A stretch of 64,000 bases of DNA from Thermoanaerobaculia bacterium (GTDB lineage: Bacteria; Acidobacteriota; Thermoanaerobaculia; Multivoradales; Multivoraceae). The stretch is from the NCBI GenBank assembly GCA_963666565.1, contig OY762911.1, positions 1,664,001 to 1,728,000 of the forward strand, in the 5' to 3' direction. The notes under the pieces are model-generated. The model saw only the letters and a program-made list of their open reading frames with translations, was not told the origin of the DNA and searched no databases. Shown one piece after another: positions 40,897 to 50,304 of the stretch (positions are counted from its first letter, which is position 1; each line of letters starts with the position of its first letter). The translations under genes and the position numbers were made by a program.

Positions 40897-42135
40897 ATGA
40901 AGGCCGAGCCGCGGGCCGGAAGTCACCCCGTCAGCGATGCCGAGGCGGGGTTCGAGGTAGGCGAGGGTTTCGAGCGCTTCTCGCAGAAGGACGACGTCTT
41001 CTGCCGTTCGTTCTGGGACCCCGAGGTGAGGACCTCCCGCTCGGACATGTTCTACGAGACCTATCGCACGCCGGAACTGCGCTGGCGTCCGGTGGACGGG
41101 TTCACGCGGCGCGACTACGCGCTTCGCAACGCGTCCTGGCACGTCACCGATCTGTTCGCGGAACTCAAGGGCGGTGCCGACCGTCGCGAGGGCTTTCTCG
41201 ATCCGTACACCGTGCTCCGGGACGGTCCGGGTCCGCCGGACGAGACCGACGAACCGGAGGAGCTCCTCGCCGCCCGGCTCGCCGCCGATCTCAAGACGGC
41301 CGCCCGCGCCCTGGGCGCCGACCTGATCGGCATCACCGGCTACGACGAGCGCTGGGTGTACACGCACGCCTACTCGAGGGAAACGGAGACGGAGAAACCC
41401 CAGGAGCTTCCGGGCGACCTCGGCAACGTCGTCGTCATCGCGCAGGCGATGGACCGGAAGCTGGTGCAGACGGTGCCGTCGGCCCTGAGCGGGACGGCGA
41501 CGGGGGCCGGCTACAGCAGCGACACGGTGGTGCTGCTCGCGATCGCCCAGTACATCCGGAACATGGGCTACGAGGCGGTGCCGACGATGAACGACACGGC
41601 TCTGGCGATTCCGCTCGCGATCAAGGCGGGCCTGGGCGAGTACGGCCGTCACGGTCTGCTGATCACCAGGGAGTTCGGCCCCAGGGTGCGGCTCGGGAAG
41701 ATCTTCACCGACATGCCTCTGGCGCACGACCGTCCGCGGCGCTTCGGGGTACGCGAGATGTGCGAGGTGTGCCGCGCGTGTTCGGATGCCTGCCCGCCGA
41801 AGGCCATCGCGATGGACGCGCCGTCGGACCGCGTCTACAACATCTCCAACATCCGCGGCGTCAGGAAGTGGACCACGGACGCCGAGAAGTGCTTCCGGTT
41901 CTGGTCGAACCAGAATACCGACTGCTCGATCTGCGTCCGGGTCTGCCCCTACAACCGGGACTACTCCCGGCGTCTCAGCCGGATCTGGCGCTGGATGGCG
42001 GGTACCCGCCTGCGCCGGATCGCCCTCTGGATCGACCGCCTCAGCGGGCGGGGGCGGAGGGTCACGCCGAACGCGTGGTGGCGGGGCCCCGCCGCCCGCC
42101 GTGACCGTCGGCGCCGTCAAGCGGCGCCGGCCTGA
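40897..42135 (+). CDS. Reductive dehalogenase-like cobalamin/Fe-S protein
   Basis: GADLIGIT..DERWVY, AIKAGLGEYGRHGLLIT.EFGPRVRL, CEVCRACSDACP and CFRFW...DCSICVRVCPY ferredoxin motifs. Confidence 0.78.
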   Translation: MKAEPRAGSHPVSDAEAGFEVGEGFERFSQKDDVFCRSFWDPEVRTSRSDMFYETYRTPELRWRPVDGFTRRDYALRNASWHVTDLFAELKGGADRREGFLDPYTVLRDGPGPPDETDEPEELLAARLAADLKTAARALGADLIGITGYDERWVYTHAYSRETETEKPQELPGDLGNVVVIAQAMDRKLVQTVPSALSGTATGAGYSSDTVVLLAIAQYIRNMGYEAVPTMNDTALAIPLAIKAGLGEYGRHGLLITREFGPRVRLGKIFTDMPLAHDRPRRFGVREMCEVCRACSDACPPKAIAMDAPSDRVYNISNIRGVRKWTTDAEKCFRFWSNQNTDCSICVRVCPYNRDYSRRLSRIWRWMAGTRLRRIALWIDRLSGRGRRVTPNAWWRGPAARRDRRRRQAAPA

Positions 42136-42275
42136 CGCCCGTCGCGCGCGCTGGGTGCGCGGACCTTCCGGTCCGCTTCCGGGAAGACCGCACCGCGAAA
42201 CGGCGACTGCCTTGTCCGGCGCCGAGCGTACGCAGCGCCGACTCCTGGCGAGCGGCTGCTACGATGCGGGGCACG

Positions 42276-43373
42276 ATGTGGATCAAGAAGTTCGACCCCG
42301 CCCGCTACCTTCCCGCCGACTCCGGCATCGCGCTGCCGAGCCGCGAGGCGACGCTGCGGGAGGTTTACATGGACCGGCGCAAGTTCGTGGCGACGGCCGC
42401 GGTCGGCATCGCCGGCGCGTCGCCCCTGGCGGCCCAGTTCCGCCTCCGCCGGCAGGTGCCCGCGCCGCCTCCCGCGCCTCCGCTGGAGGAGAAGCTGAAG
42501 CCGGCGCTCGAGCGGCCCGGCGTCTACGGCGCCGAGCCTGCCGCCCAGCCGAAGCGCAACGCGAAGTTCGCCGCGCCGCCGGAGAACGTCGGCGGCGAGC
42601 TGACGCCGCGCGACGTGGCGGGCAGCCACAACAACTTCTACGAGTTCCTGCCCGGCCGCGGCGGTCCGGTGTGGAAGTTCGCCGGCAAGTTCACCGTCGA
42701 GCCGTGGAAGGTCGAAGTGACGGGCCTGTGCGACAACCCGATGACCCTCGACCTGGACGACATCTTCGCCGAAGAGCACGAGGAGCGGCTGTACCACTTC
42801 CGGTGCGTCGAGCGCTGGGCGATGAACGTGCCGTGGAGCGGCTTCCCGTTGGCCAGGCTGATCGAGAAGGCCGCGCCGAAGTCGTCCGCCAGGCACGTGC
42901 GCTTCTTCACGGCCGTGAAGCGCGATGAGATGCCGGGCGTCCGGGAGGCCCACTGGTACCAGTGGCCCTACTTCGAGGCCCTGAGGCTGGACGAGGCGAT
43001 GAACGAACTCGCTTTCGTCGCCACCGGCATCTACGGCGAACCGCTGCTCAAGCAGCACGGCGCGCCGCTGCGGATCGTGGCGCCCTGGAAGTACGGCTAC
43101 AAGAGCCCGAAGTCGATCGTGAAGATCGAGTTCGTCGCGGAGGAGCCGAAGATCTTCTGGCAGATCCAGCCGCACGAGTACGGCTATCTCTCGAACGTCA
43201 ACCCGTACATCCCGCACCCGCGCTGGAGCCAGGCGACGTCGCACTGGCTGCAGGACAACCGGCCGTTCGATACGCCGATCTTCAACGGCTACGGCGAGTA
43301 CGTCGCCAAGCTCTATCCCGACGAGCCGACGACGATGCAGCGAGCGTTGCGGCAGGGGCAGGTCGCGCGATAA
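42276..43373 (+). CDS. msrP: Protein-methionine-sulfoxide reductase catalytic subunit
   Basis: Tat DRRKFV, HNNFYEF, RCVE.W, QHGAPLR, PWKYGYKS.KSI, HPRWSQ, FNGYG. Confidence 0.92.
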   Translation: MWIKKFDPARYLPADSGIALPSREATLREVYMDRRKFVATAAVGIAGASPLAAQFRLRRQVPAPPPAPPLEEKLKPALERPGVYGAEPAAQPKRNAKFAAPPENVGGELTPRDVAGSHNNFYEFLPGRGGPVWKFAGKFTVEPWKVEVTGLCDNPMTLDLDDIFAEEHEERLYHFRCVERWAMNVPWSGFPLARLIEKAAPKSSARHVRFFTAVKRDEMPGVREAHWYQWPYFEALRLDEAMNELAFVATGIYGEPLLKQHGAPLRIVAPWKYGYKSPKSIVKIEFVAEEPKIFWQIQPHEYGYLSNVNPYIPHPRWSQATSHWLQDNRPFDTPIFNGYGEYVAKLYPDEPTTMQRALRQGQVAR

Positions 43374-43376
43374 GCG

Positions 43377-44987
43377 CTACGGTTCGTTACTTGCCGCCGC
43401 CAGTGCGGCTCCATCTCCGTGGCGTGCCGCCTGCACCGCCGCAGCGAACAGTCCGATCGCGGCGCCGAACGCGATCAGGCCAGCCAACTGGATCCAGCCG
43501 AACATGTCGGACGGGGTCGCGATCGCGAGCAGCGCCGATCCGAATCCGAAGTCGGCGAACTCGCCATCGCGCACTGCCTCCAGGGCGGCCAGACCCGTGA
43601 GCAGGAGCGCGCCTCCGGCCAGCGTAAGGCCGCCGTACGTCAGGCCGTGGGCGGCGAGTTGCGCCGGCGACCGCGGCGGCAGCGCCTCTCGGCGGCGGAC
43701 CTCGAACTTCGGCTCACGCTCGCTCGGCTTGACGAAGCGGCTGAGCATGTACAGGCCGGGCAGGCCGAGCGGGATCGTGAGCAGGAAGAAGTTGGACCAC
43801 CCCACCGAGTGGACCATGAAACCGGCGACGGGCCCCGAGACGATCCGTCCCATGCCGAACAGGGTGGAGAACAGCGCGTACTGGGTAGCCGAGAAGCGCT
43901 TCTGCGTCATGCGCAGCAGCAGCACGGAGAAGGCGCCGGTGCCAAGGCCCTGACATAGGGACTCGAAGCCCATCGCGCCGTAGAGGAGGCCCGGCTGCAT
44001 CGGCAGGTTCGCCAGCAGGATGTACCCGACGTTCGAGAAGATCTGCAGGAACCCGAAGATCCACAGAGCCCTGCCGAGGCCCATCACGTTGGTCCCCAGG
44101 CCGCCGGCGATCGAGCCGACGATCGTCGCGGTCGTGCCGACCGTGGCCAGGGCGACGCCACGATGGTCCGCTGAGTAACCCATGTCGACCAGGAAGGGGC
44201 GGAGCAGGCCCTGGGCCATGTTGTCGCCGAACTTGAACAGGATGACGAAGGCGAGAATCTCGACCGCTCGATGGCGGGAGAGGAAGCCCAGGAAAGGCTG
44301 CCAGACGGCATCCCGAAGCGTCTTCGGCGCCGGTGGCAGGTTCTTCGGCTCGGGCGCCCGAATGGTGATCGCCAGCATGGGCAGGTAGAGCGCCGCCAGG
44401 CCGACGCAGACGAGTGGCCAGGAGGTTCTGCCGGCAACCGTGATGGCGGTTCCGCCTGCAACGAGCATGGCCAGCCGATAGAGCCCGATCCGGGCGCCGA
44501 CCGCCGCGCCCTGTTCCTCCTTGCGGAGCACGTCCACGGCGTAGGCGTCGACCGCGATGTCCTGGGACGCGGCCGCCATGGCGATCGCCAGGGTCAGGGC
44601 CAGGGCCAGCCAGGGAGTGTCCGGGTGATCGCCGACGCCGGACAGCCCGAGAGTGCCGAGAAGCAGGCCGACCTGAGCGATCGCGGCCCATCCCCGTCGC
44701 CGACCGAGGAAGGGCGGCGGGAACCGGTCCATGAGGGGCGCCCAGACCACGTTGAACGTCCACGGCGCCTGGGCCAGGGTGAACAGGCCGACAAGCCGGA
44801 TGTCGACGCCGGCGTCGCGCATCCAGTCGGGTATCGCGATCCAGACCAGCCCCAGCGGCATGCCGGAGGAGAACGAGAGCAGGACGACCGACAGGGTCCG
44901 CCAGGAGCGGACGGCCTGGGCAAGGCTCCGCAACGTGCCCAGCCGTTCCGGCGCATGCTTTTGCTCCTGCTCAGCCATCGGCCTCAT
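43377..44987 (-). CDS. ampG: AmpG-family MFS permease
   Basis: FSSGMPL, LGRRRGW, ASQDIAVDAY, ATQYAL; start 44987 or 44978. Confidence 0.85.
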   Translation of the reverse strand: MRPMAEQEQKHAPERLGTLRSLAQAVRSWRTLSVVLLSFSSGMPLGLVWIAIPDWMRDAGVDIRLVGLFTLAQAPWTFNVVWAPLMDRFPPPFLGRRRGWAAIAQVGLLLGTLGLSGVGDHPDTPWLALALTLAIAMAAASQDIAVDAYAVDVLRKEEQGAAVGARIGLYRLAMLVAGGTAITVAGRTSWPLVCVGLAALYLPMLAITIRAPEPKNLPPAPKTLRDAVWQPFLGFLSRHRAVEILAFVILFKFGDNMAQGLLRPFLVDMGYSADHRGVALATVGTTATIVGSIAGGLGTNVMGLGRALWIFGFLQIFSNVGYILLANLPMQPGLLYGAMGFESLCQGLGTGAFSVLLLRMTQKRFSATQYALFSTLFGMGRIVSGPVAGFMVHSVGWSNFFLLTIPLGLPGLYMLSRFVKPSEREPKFEVRRREALPPRSPAQLAAHGLTYGGLTLAGGALLLTGLAALEAVRDGEFADFGFGSALLAIATPSDMFGWIQLAGLIAFGAAIGLFAAAVQAARHGDGAALAAASNEP

Positions 44988-45213
44988 CCTATGCGTAACC
45001 GTCTATGAATCGTCGCGGCTCGTCGCGTTGGCGGCCAGGGGTCGGAACGAGAGAGAAGCGGCCGCGGGAAACCTGACTCGTGCAGAATCCGTAGTCGGAC
45101 GTGAGATGCCGGCGCGCGGGTCGTCCGACCCGGTTCCGGGGCGAGACGCCGAACGGCGGAAACCCGGGAGATTCGACGCCGGCCGGAGCAGTGTCTCGCC
45201 AGGAGGAACCGAC

Positions 45214-45423
45214 GTGCCCGCGACAGCTACACAGTCCCGTCCCCTTCATCGTTCCGCGTCCGACCGCATGATCGGCGGGGTCTGCGGCGGTCTCGCCGAG
45301 TGGCTGGGCTGGAACCCGACCGCCGTGCGATGGCTCTACGTCCTGGTCTCCATCTTCTCGGTGGCCTTCCCGGGGATCATCGCCTACATCCTGCTCTGGA
45401 TCGCGATGCCGCCCGGCGACTGA
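45214..45423 (+). CDS. pspC: PspC-domain protein
   Basis: LHRSASDRMIGGVCGGLAEWLG, YILLWIAMP; AGGAGG then GTG 45214. Confidence 0.9.
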   Translation: MPATATQSRPLHRSASDRMIGGVCGGLAEWLGWNPTAVRWLYVLVSIFSVAFPGIIAYILLWIAMPPGD

Positions 45424-45457
45424 GCCCGAGCCTCCGCGTTGTAGGCTGAGTCGGTAG

Positions 45458-46915
45458 ATGACGTCTGCCGACGCAACGAACTTCCTCGATACCCTGACGC
45501 GGCGCCTCGGCCCCGACCGCGTCCTCACCGGCGCCGCCCCCATGGCGGCCTACGAGTCCGACGCCCTGACCGCGTTCCGGGCCCGTCCCCGGGCCGTCGT
45601 GCTGGTCGATTCGGCGGAAGAAGTCGTCGACGTGGTGCGGCTCTGCGCCGGCGCGAACGTGCCGTTCCTGGCGCGCGGAAGCGGCACCAGCCTGTCCGGC
45701 GGCTCGCTGCCGGTCCACGACGGCGTGGTCATCGCAATGAACCGGCTCAACCGGATCCTCGAAGTGGACCCGGTGCGGCGGACGGCGGTGGTCGAGCCCG
45801 GTGTCGTCAACCTCGCCGTGTCCGACGCCGCGGCGCCGTACGGCCTGTACTACTCGCCCGATCCATCGAGCCAGTCGGTCTGCACGATCGGCGGCAACCT
45901 GGCCTTCAACTCGGGCGGCGCGCACTGCCTGAAGTACGGCATGACGAGCAACCACGTGCTCGGCCTTGAAGTCGTCCTGCCGGACGGTGAGGTGGTCCAG
46001 CTTGGCGGCGACAGCCTGGAGGGCGTCGGCCCGGATCTCGTCGGCCTGTTCGTCGGCTCCGAAGGGCTGTTCGGGATCGCCACGAAGATCGTGCTGCGCC
46101 TGCTGCCGAAGCCGGAGACGTACTTCACCCTGCTGGCGGCGTACGACTCGCTGGCGGCGGCGGGGGAGGCGGTGGCCGCGGTCGTCGCCTCGGGCCTGCT
46201 GCCGGGGGCGATGGAGATCATGGACAACCTCGCCATCGAGGCGGCCGAGGCGGCGGTCGGCGCCGGTTACCCGCTCGACGCCGAGGGACTGCTCATCGTG
46301 GAACTGGAGGGCGAGAAGGGGCAGGTCGCCGCCGAGAGCGAGCTGCTGCTCGACGTCGTCCGGCGGTCGAAGCCGTATCTCGAACACGTCGCGAGCGACC
46401 CGGACGACCGGATGCGGATCTGGAAGGGCCGCAAGAGCGCCTTCTCGGCGGTGGGCCGGCTGAGCCCCGACTACATCGTGCAGGACGGCGTGGTGCCGCG
46501 GTCGCGGCTGGGCGAGGCGCTGACGAAGATCCAGCGCCTCGGCGAGGAGCACGGCATCCGGGTGGCGAACGTCTTCCACGCTGGCGACGGCAACCTGCAC
46601 CCGCTCATCCTGTTCGACGGCCGGGTCGAGGGCGAACTGGAGCGCGCCGAGGAACTGGCGGGAGAGATCCTGAGGCTCTGCATCGACCTCGGCGGCTCGA
46701 TCACCGGCGAGCACGGCGTGGGCATGGAGAAGCGGCAGTACCTGGGCGAGATGTTCGGCGACGCCGACCTGGACGCGATGCGGCGCATTCGCCTGGCGAT
46801 CGACCCCGGCGAACTGGCGAACCGCGGCAAGATGTTCCCGGACGCCGAGGCGCCGGCGCTGCTGAGCCACGGTCCGCATCCGTTGGAGGCGGCGGGGGTC
46901 ATCTCGCGCGAATGA
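45458..46915 (+). CDS. glcD: Glycolate oxidase FAD subunit
   Basis: [42 protein letters not shown]. Confidence 0.88.
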   Translation: MTSADATNFLDTLTRRLGPDRVLTGAAPMAAYESDALTAFRARPRAVVLVDSAEEVVDVVRLCAGANVPFLARGSGTSLSGGSLPVHDGVVIAMNRLNRILEVDPVRRTAVVEPGVVNLAVSDAAAPYGLYYSPDPSSQSVCTIGGNLAFNSGGAHCLKYGMTSNHVLGLEVVLPDGEVVQLGGDSLEGVGPDLVGLFVGSEGLFGIATKIVLRLLPKPETYFTLLAAYDSLAAAGEAVAAVVASGLLPGAMEIMDNLAIEAAEAAVGAGYPLDAEGLLIVELEGEKGQVAAESELLLDVVRRSKPYLEHVASDPDDRMRIWKGRKSAFSAVGRLSPDYIVQDGVVPRSRLGEALTKIQRLGEEHGIRVANVFHAGDGNLHPLILFDGRVEGELERAEELAGEILRLCIDLGGSITGEHGVGMEKRQYLGEMFGDADLDAMRRIRLAIDPGELANRGKMFPDAEAPALLSHGPHPLEAAGVISRE

Positions 46916-48015
46916 GCGGGGGCGACTTCGGCGCAGTGGCCGAGGCGGTGCGCGGGGCGGAACGGGTCGTGCCGCGCGGCGGCGGCACCAAGCCGGCGCT
47001 GTGGGCCGTGGAGGGCGCCGAGGTGCTCGATGTGTCGGTGCTCCGGGGAGTCACCGAGTACCTGCCGAGCGAGTACACGGTGACCGCCCTGGCCGGCACG
47101 CGGCTGGCGGACGTGGAGTCGCGGCTGGCGGCGGAGGGCCAGTACCTGCCGTTCGACCCGCTGCTGGTGGAGGCCGGCGGCACCGTCGGCGGCGCCGTGG
47201 CCGCCGGAGCGAACGGCCCGGGCCGGCTCCGCTACGGGGGCCTGCGCGACTTCCTGCTCGCCGTGACCTTCATCGACGGCCAGGGCGAGATCGTCCGCGG
47301 CGGCGCCAGGGTGGTGAAGAACGCCGCCGGCTTCGACCTGCCGAAGCTGATGGTCGGCAGCCTGGGGCGGCTGGGGGTCCTCACCGAATGCACGTTCAAG
47401 GTGTTCCCGCGGCCGGAGAGCTGCGCCACCCTCCGCGTCGTCGGCATGGCGCTCGACGAGGCCCTGGAGGCGGCCGGCCGCGTGGGCGCGGGCGCGGTCG
47501 AACTCGAGTGCCTCGACCTGGTCCACGGCCTGGCTGGCTGGGACCTGGAGATCCGCATCGGCGGCCGCGGCACGGCGCTCGACGCACGGCTGAAACGCAC
47601 GGCCGACCTGCTCGACACCGACGTCGCAACGCTCTCGGGCGATGCCGACGCGACGCACTGGCGTGCCCGCCGCGAGTTCGGCTGGGCCTCGCCGGACGCC
47701 TCCGTCCTCAAGCTCCCGCTGACTCCGGCCACGGCCGGCGCCCTGGAAGATGTCCTCGCCGGGCTTGACGCCGGGAGCATCGGCAGGGTCTACGGCGCCG
47801 GCGTCCAGCAGGCGTTTCTCGCCTGGCCTTCGGAACGCGCCGCCGACCTGCCGGCCCTGGACCGCGCCCTCGCCGGGGCCAGACTGACCGCGCTGGCCCT
47901 GCGCGCCCCGGCCGCCGCCGCCGCCGGGCCCATCCTCGGCTACCGCACCGGTGGCGCACTCCTGCGCCGCGTCCGGCGGGCTCTCGACCCGGACGGCCGC
48001 TTCGGCCGGCTGTAG
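46912..48015 (+). CDS. glcE: Glycolate oxidase subunit GlcE-like FAD-binding protein
   Basis: [27 protein letters not shown]; coupled to glcD. Confidence 0.85.
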   Translation: MSGGDFGAVAEAVRGAERVVPRGGGTKPALWAVEGAEVLDVSVLRGVTEYLPSEYTVTALAGTRLADVESRLAAEGQYLPFDPLLVEAGGTVGGAVAAGANGPGRLRYGGLRDFLLAVTFIDGQGEIVRGGARVVKNAAGFDLPKLMVGSLGRLGVLTECTFKVFPRPESCATLRVVGMALDEALEAAGRVGAGAVELECLDLVHGLAGWDLEIRIGGRGTALDARLKRTADLLDTDVATLSGDADATHWRARREFGWASPDASVLKLPLTPATAGALEDVLAGLDAGSIGRVYGAGVQQAFLAWPSERAADLPALDRALAGARLTALALRAPAAAAAGPILGYRTGGALLRRVRRALDPDGRFGRL

Positions 48016-48059
48016 CGCTGCGGGACGCCGGAGCGCCGGCGCACCGGGCCAACGCGAAG

Positions 48060-48213
48060 ACTTGCAATCTGCCGAGGCCGAAACCTGCAATCCGCCGGCG
48101 TCCAAACCTGCAATCTGCCGAAGCCTGAATCTGCATTCTGCCGACGCACAAACCTTCAATCTGCCGACCTTGAACCTTGCAATCTGCCGACACCTGACCT
48201 TACAATCAGCCGA
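48060..48213 (+). repeat. Tandem array of 7 x 23-bp units (16-nt conserved core + 7-nt variable spacer)
   Basis: Cores start 48060, 48083, 48106, 48129, 48152, 48175, 48198; consensus about ACCTGCAATCTGCCGA; last core ends on the A of the ATG at 48213. Confidence 0.9.
48177..48206 (+). promoter_or_regulatory. Putative sigma70 promoter embedded in the last two repeats (leaderless mRNA)
   Basis: TTGCAA (48177-48182) N18 TACAAT (48201-48206); ATG A lies 7 nt after the -10 box; no Shine-Dalgarno. Confidence 0.5.
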
Positions 48214-49559
48214 TGCCAGAGCCGGTCCTGTTCCCACGCCTCGCTGAGCGCCGACTCGTCGAAGCCCTGGAAGACTCGCCCGTCGTCCTCATCCACGGAC
48301 CGCGACAGTGCGGCAAGACGACGCTGGCCCGCATGGCGGCGGCCGGTCCCGACCGGCTCGGCTACGCCTACGTCAGTCTGGACGACGCGGTTGCCCGCGA
48401 CAGTGCCCGGCACGATCCGGCGGGATTCGTCGGCGAGTTTCCGGACCGGGTCATACTGGACGAGGTTCAGCGCGCACCGGAACTGTTCGAGGCGATCAAG
48501 CTGGAGGTGGACCGCAGGCGGAAGCCCGGCCGTTTCCTGCTCACGGGTTCGACGAACGTGCTGCTCCTGCCGACGCTGTCCGAGTCGCTCGCGGGGCGTC
48601 TGGAGATCGTTCGGCTTCATCCCCTGGCGCAGCGAGAGACCACGCCCCAACCGACGGCACCGGTGGGCGACGCGGCCCAACCGAAGGCGCCGGCGGGCGG
48701 CGCGCCACGCCGCGAGTTCCTGGACGCTCTGTTCGGCGGCGGATTCGGCGTCCGCCGGACGGAGCGGCTCGGCGCCGAACTTCCAGAGCGAGTCGCGGCC
48801 GGCGGCTTTGCGCCGGCGGTGCTTCGTCCCACTCACCGGCGCCGGGCGAACTGGCACCGGAGCTACGTCGAAACGCTGGTCGCCCGGGACGTGCGGGACG
48901 TGGCGAACATCCGGTCTCTCGACGTGCTGCCGAGGTTGCTTTCGGCCGTTGCCAGCCAGACCGCGCGCTTGTTCAACCTGACGGACCTGGCCGCGCCGTT
49001 CCAGCTCAGCCGGCCGACGATCGGCGACTACGTGGCGCTGCTTGAGCGCCTGTTCCTGTTCGAGCGGCTTCTCCCCTGGCACAGCAATCGTCTGAGCCGG
49101 CTCGTCAAGAGTCCGAAGCTCCACTTCGTGGACACCGGCGTCGCGACCACGCTTCTGGGCACGAGTCCGGCGGGTTTGATGGCGGACCGCCGCCTGCTCG
49201 GACAGCTACTCGAGAGCTTCGTTTACCAGGAGCTCCGGCGACAGGCCGGCTGGCACGACGCCCCGTTCGAGTTCTTCCACTTCCGCGACCGGGACGGCTA
49301 CGAGGTCGACGTCGTGATCGAGCAGGGACCGGCGGCCGTGGCCGGCGTCGAAGTCAAGGCGGCCGCCACGGTCAGAACGTCCGACTTCCGAGGCCTGCGG
49401 AAGCTGGCTGCGGCCACAGGCGACCGCTTCGCCGGCGGAGTGGTGCTGTACGACGGCGAAATGACCGCACGCTTCGGAGACCGGCTCCACGCGGTGCCCG
49501 TCCGCCGCCTCTGGGAGGCAACAGGCCGTCCTGGAAGGCTACGACGAACTACACAGTAG
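48213..49559 (+). CDS. AAA+ ATPase with DUF4143 / PD-(D/E)XK-like C-terminus
   Basis: GPRQCGKT, VILDEVQ, FLLTGS, ESLAGR, KSPKLHFVDTG, EVDVVIE...VEVK. Confidence 0.9.
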   Translation: MPEPVLFPRLAERRLVEALEDSPVVLIHGPRQCGKTTLARMAAAGPDRLGYAYVSLDDAVARDSARHDPAGFVGEFPDRVILDEVQRAPELFEAIKLEVDRRRKPGRFLLTGSTNVLLLPTLSESLAGRLEIVRLHPLAQRETTPQPTAPVGDAAQPKAPAGGAPRREFLDALFGGGFGVRRTERLGAELPERVAAGGFAPAVLRPTHRRRANWHRSYVETLVARDVRDVANIRSLDVLPRLLSAVASQTARLFNLTDLAAPFQLSRPTIGDYVALLERLFLFERLLPWHSNRLSRLVKSPKLHFVDTGVATTLLGTSPAGLMADRRLLGQLLESFVYQELRRQAGWHDAPFEFFHFRDRDGYEVDVVIEQGPAAVAGVEVKAAATVRTSDFRGLRKLAAATGDRFAGGVVLYDGEMTARFGDRLHAVPVRRLWEATGRPGRLRRTTQ

Positions 49560-49594
49560 TGCGCGCACACCTAGGGCTTGCGCTGCCGCCTGGC

Positions 49595-49622
49595 ATCCTG
49601 TAGGGTGTCGGGACTACAGGAT
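49595..49622. promoter_or_regulatory. Inverted-repeat operator candidate upstream of 49645 ORF
   Basis: ATCCTGTAG-N10-CTACAGGAT, 22 nt before the ATG. Confidence 0.5.
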
Positions 49623-49644
49623 AGACTCTGTATCGGAGGGTTGT

Positions 49645-50304
49645 ATGAGCGTACAGGAGTACATCGAGGGCGTGCTTAGGCGGGCCGAGGAGCAGCTCGC
49701 CGTGCGGCTGAAGGAGGCTGTGGAGGATCGCCAGTACGCCGCCGCTGCTGAACTCGCATCGACCTCGGAGCGGGTGCGAGACTTGGTCGAATCCGTGGGC
49801 AACGCGGAGCGAAGCCGTGACCAGCAGGAGATGGGGCTCGCACCCAGTACGGAGGCCGACGCCCGCCGGTTAGCAAGGGCTCGCGCCTCGACTGGTCCTT
49901 CCTCAAGGGGTCCCGAGCGGAGGACGAGCAGGCGATACCCGAGGTTCATTCGCTCCGAGGGTCGTCTGGTCAAGGTTGGATGGTCAAAACGGGACCGAGC
50001 GGAGTACGAACATCGTGCCTCGGAGGCATCCGTGCGGGCGGTGGCAGCGGCGGTTCGTGATCTGGAGTCGCACGAGTTTTCGATGAATCAGTTGATGCCA
50101 GTGGACGACGGAAGTGGAGCGGAAGTCCCTTCCTATCAGGTGTACTTGATCGTGGCGTGGCTACGATCCCTCGGTGCGGTGCGAAGAGCAGGCCGGGGAG
50201 GCTATGTGAGCGTTCCCGATGGCCTGTCTACTGCCGCAATGGAGCAACACTGGCGCGCGTTGGACCCGGACCCAAGCGCGAACGGAGGAATCAGCAGTGA
50301 GTGA
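49645..50304 (+). CDS. Hypothetical protein, possibly DNA-binding
   Basis: GGAGG-preceded ATG, helical N-terminus, basic linker, wHTH-like C-terminus (YQVYLIVAWLRSLGAVRRAGRGGY); overlaps next gene. Confidence 0.65.
   Translation: MSVQEYIEGVLRRAEEQLAVRLKEAVEDRQYAAAAELASTSERVRDLVESVGNAERSRDQQEMGLAPSTEADARRLARARASTGPSSRGPERRTSRRYPRFIRSEGRLVKVGWSKRDRAEYEHRASEASVRAVAAAVRDLESHEFSMNQLMPVDDGSGAEVPSYQVYLIVAWLRSLGAVRRAGRGGYVSVPDGLSTAAMEQHWRALDPDPSANGGISSE

Noticed and set aside
48060-48213. CRISPR array interpretation of the 23-bp repeats
   Set aside because: Spacers are only 7 nt, repeats 16 nt, degenerate and non-palindromic; no cas genes in the window.
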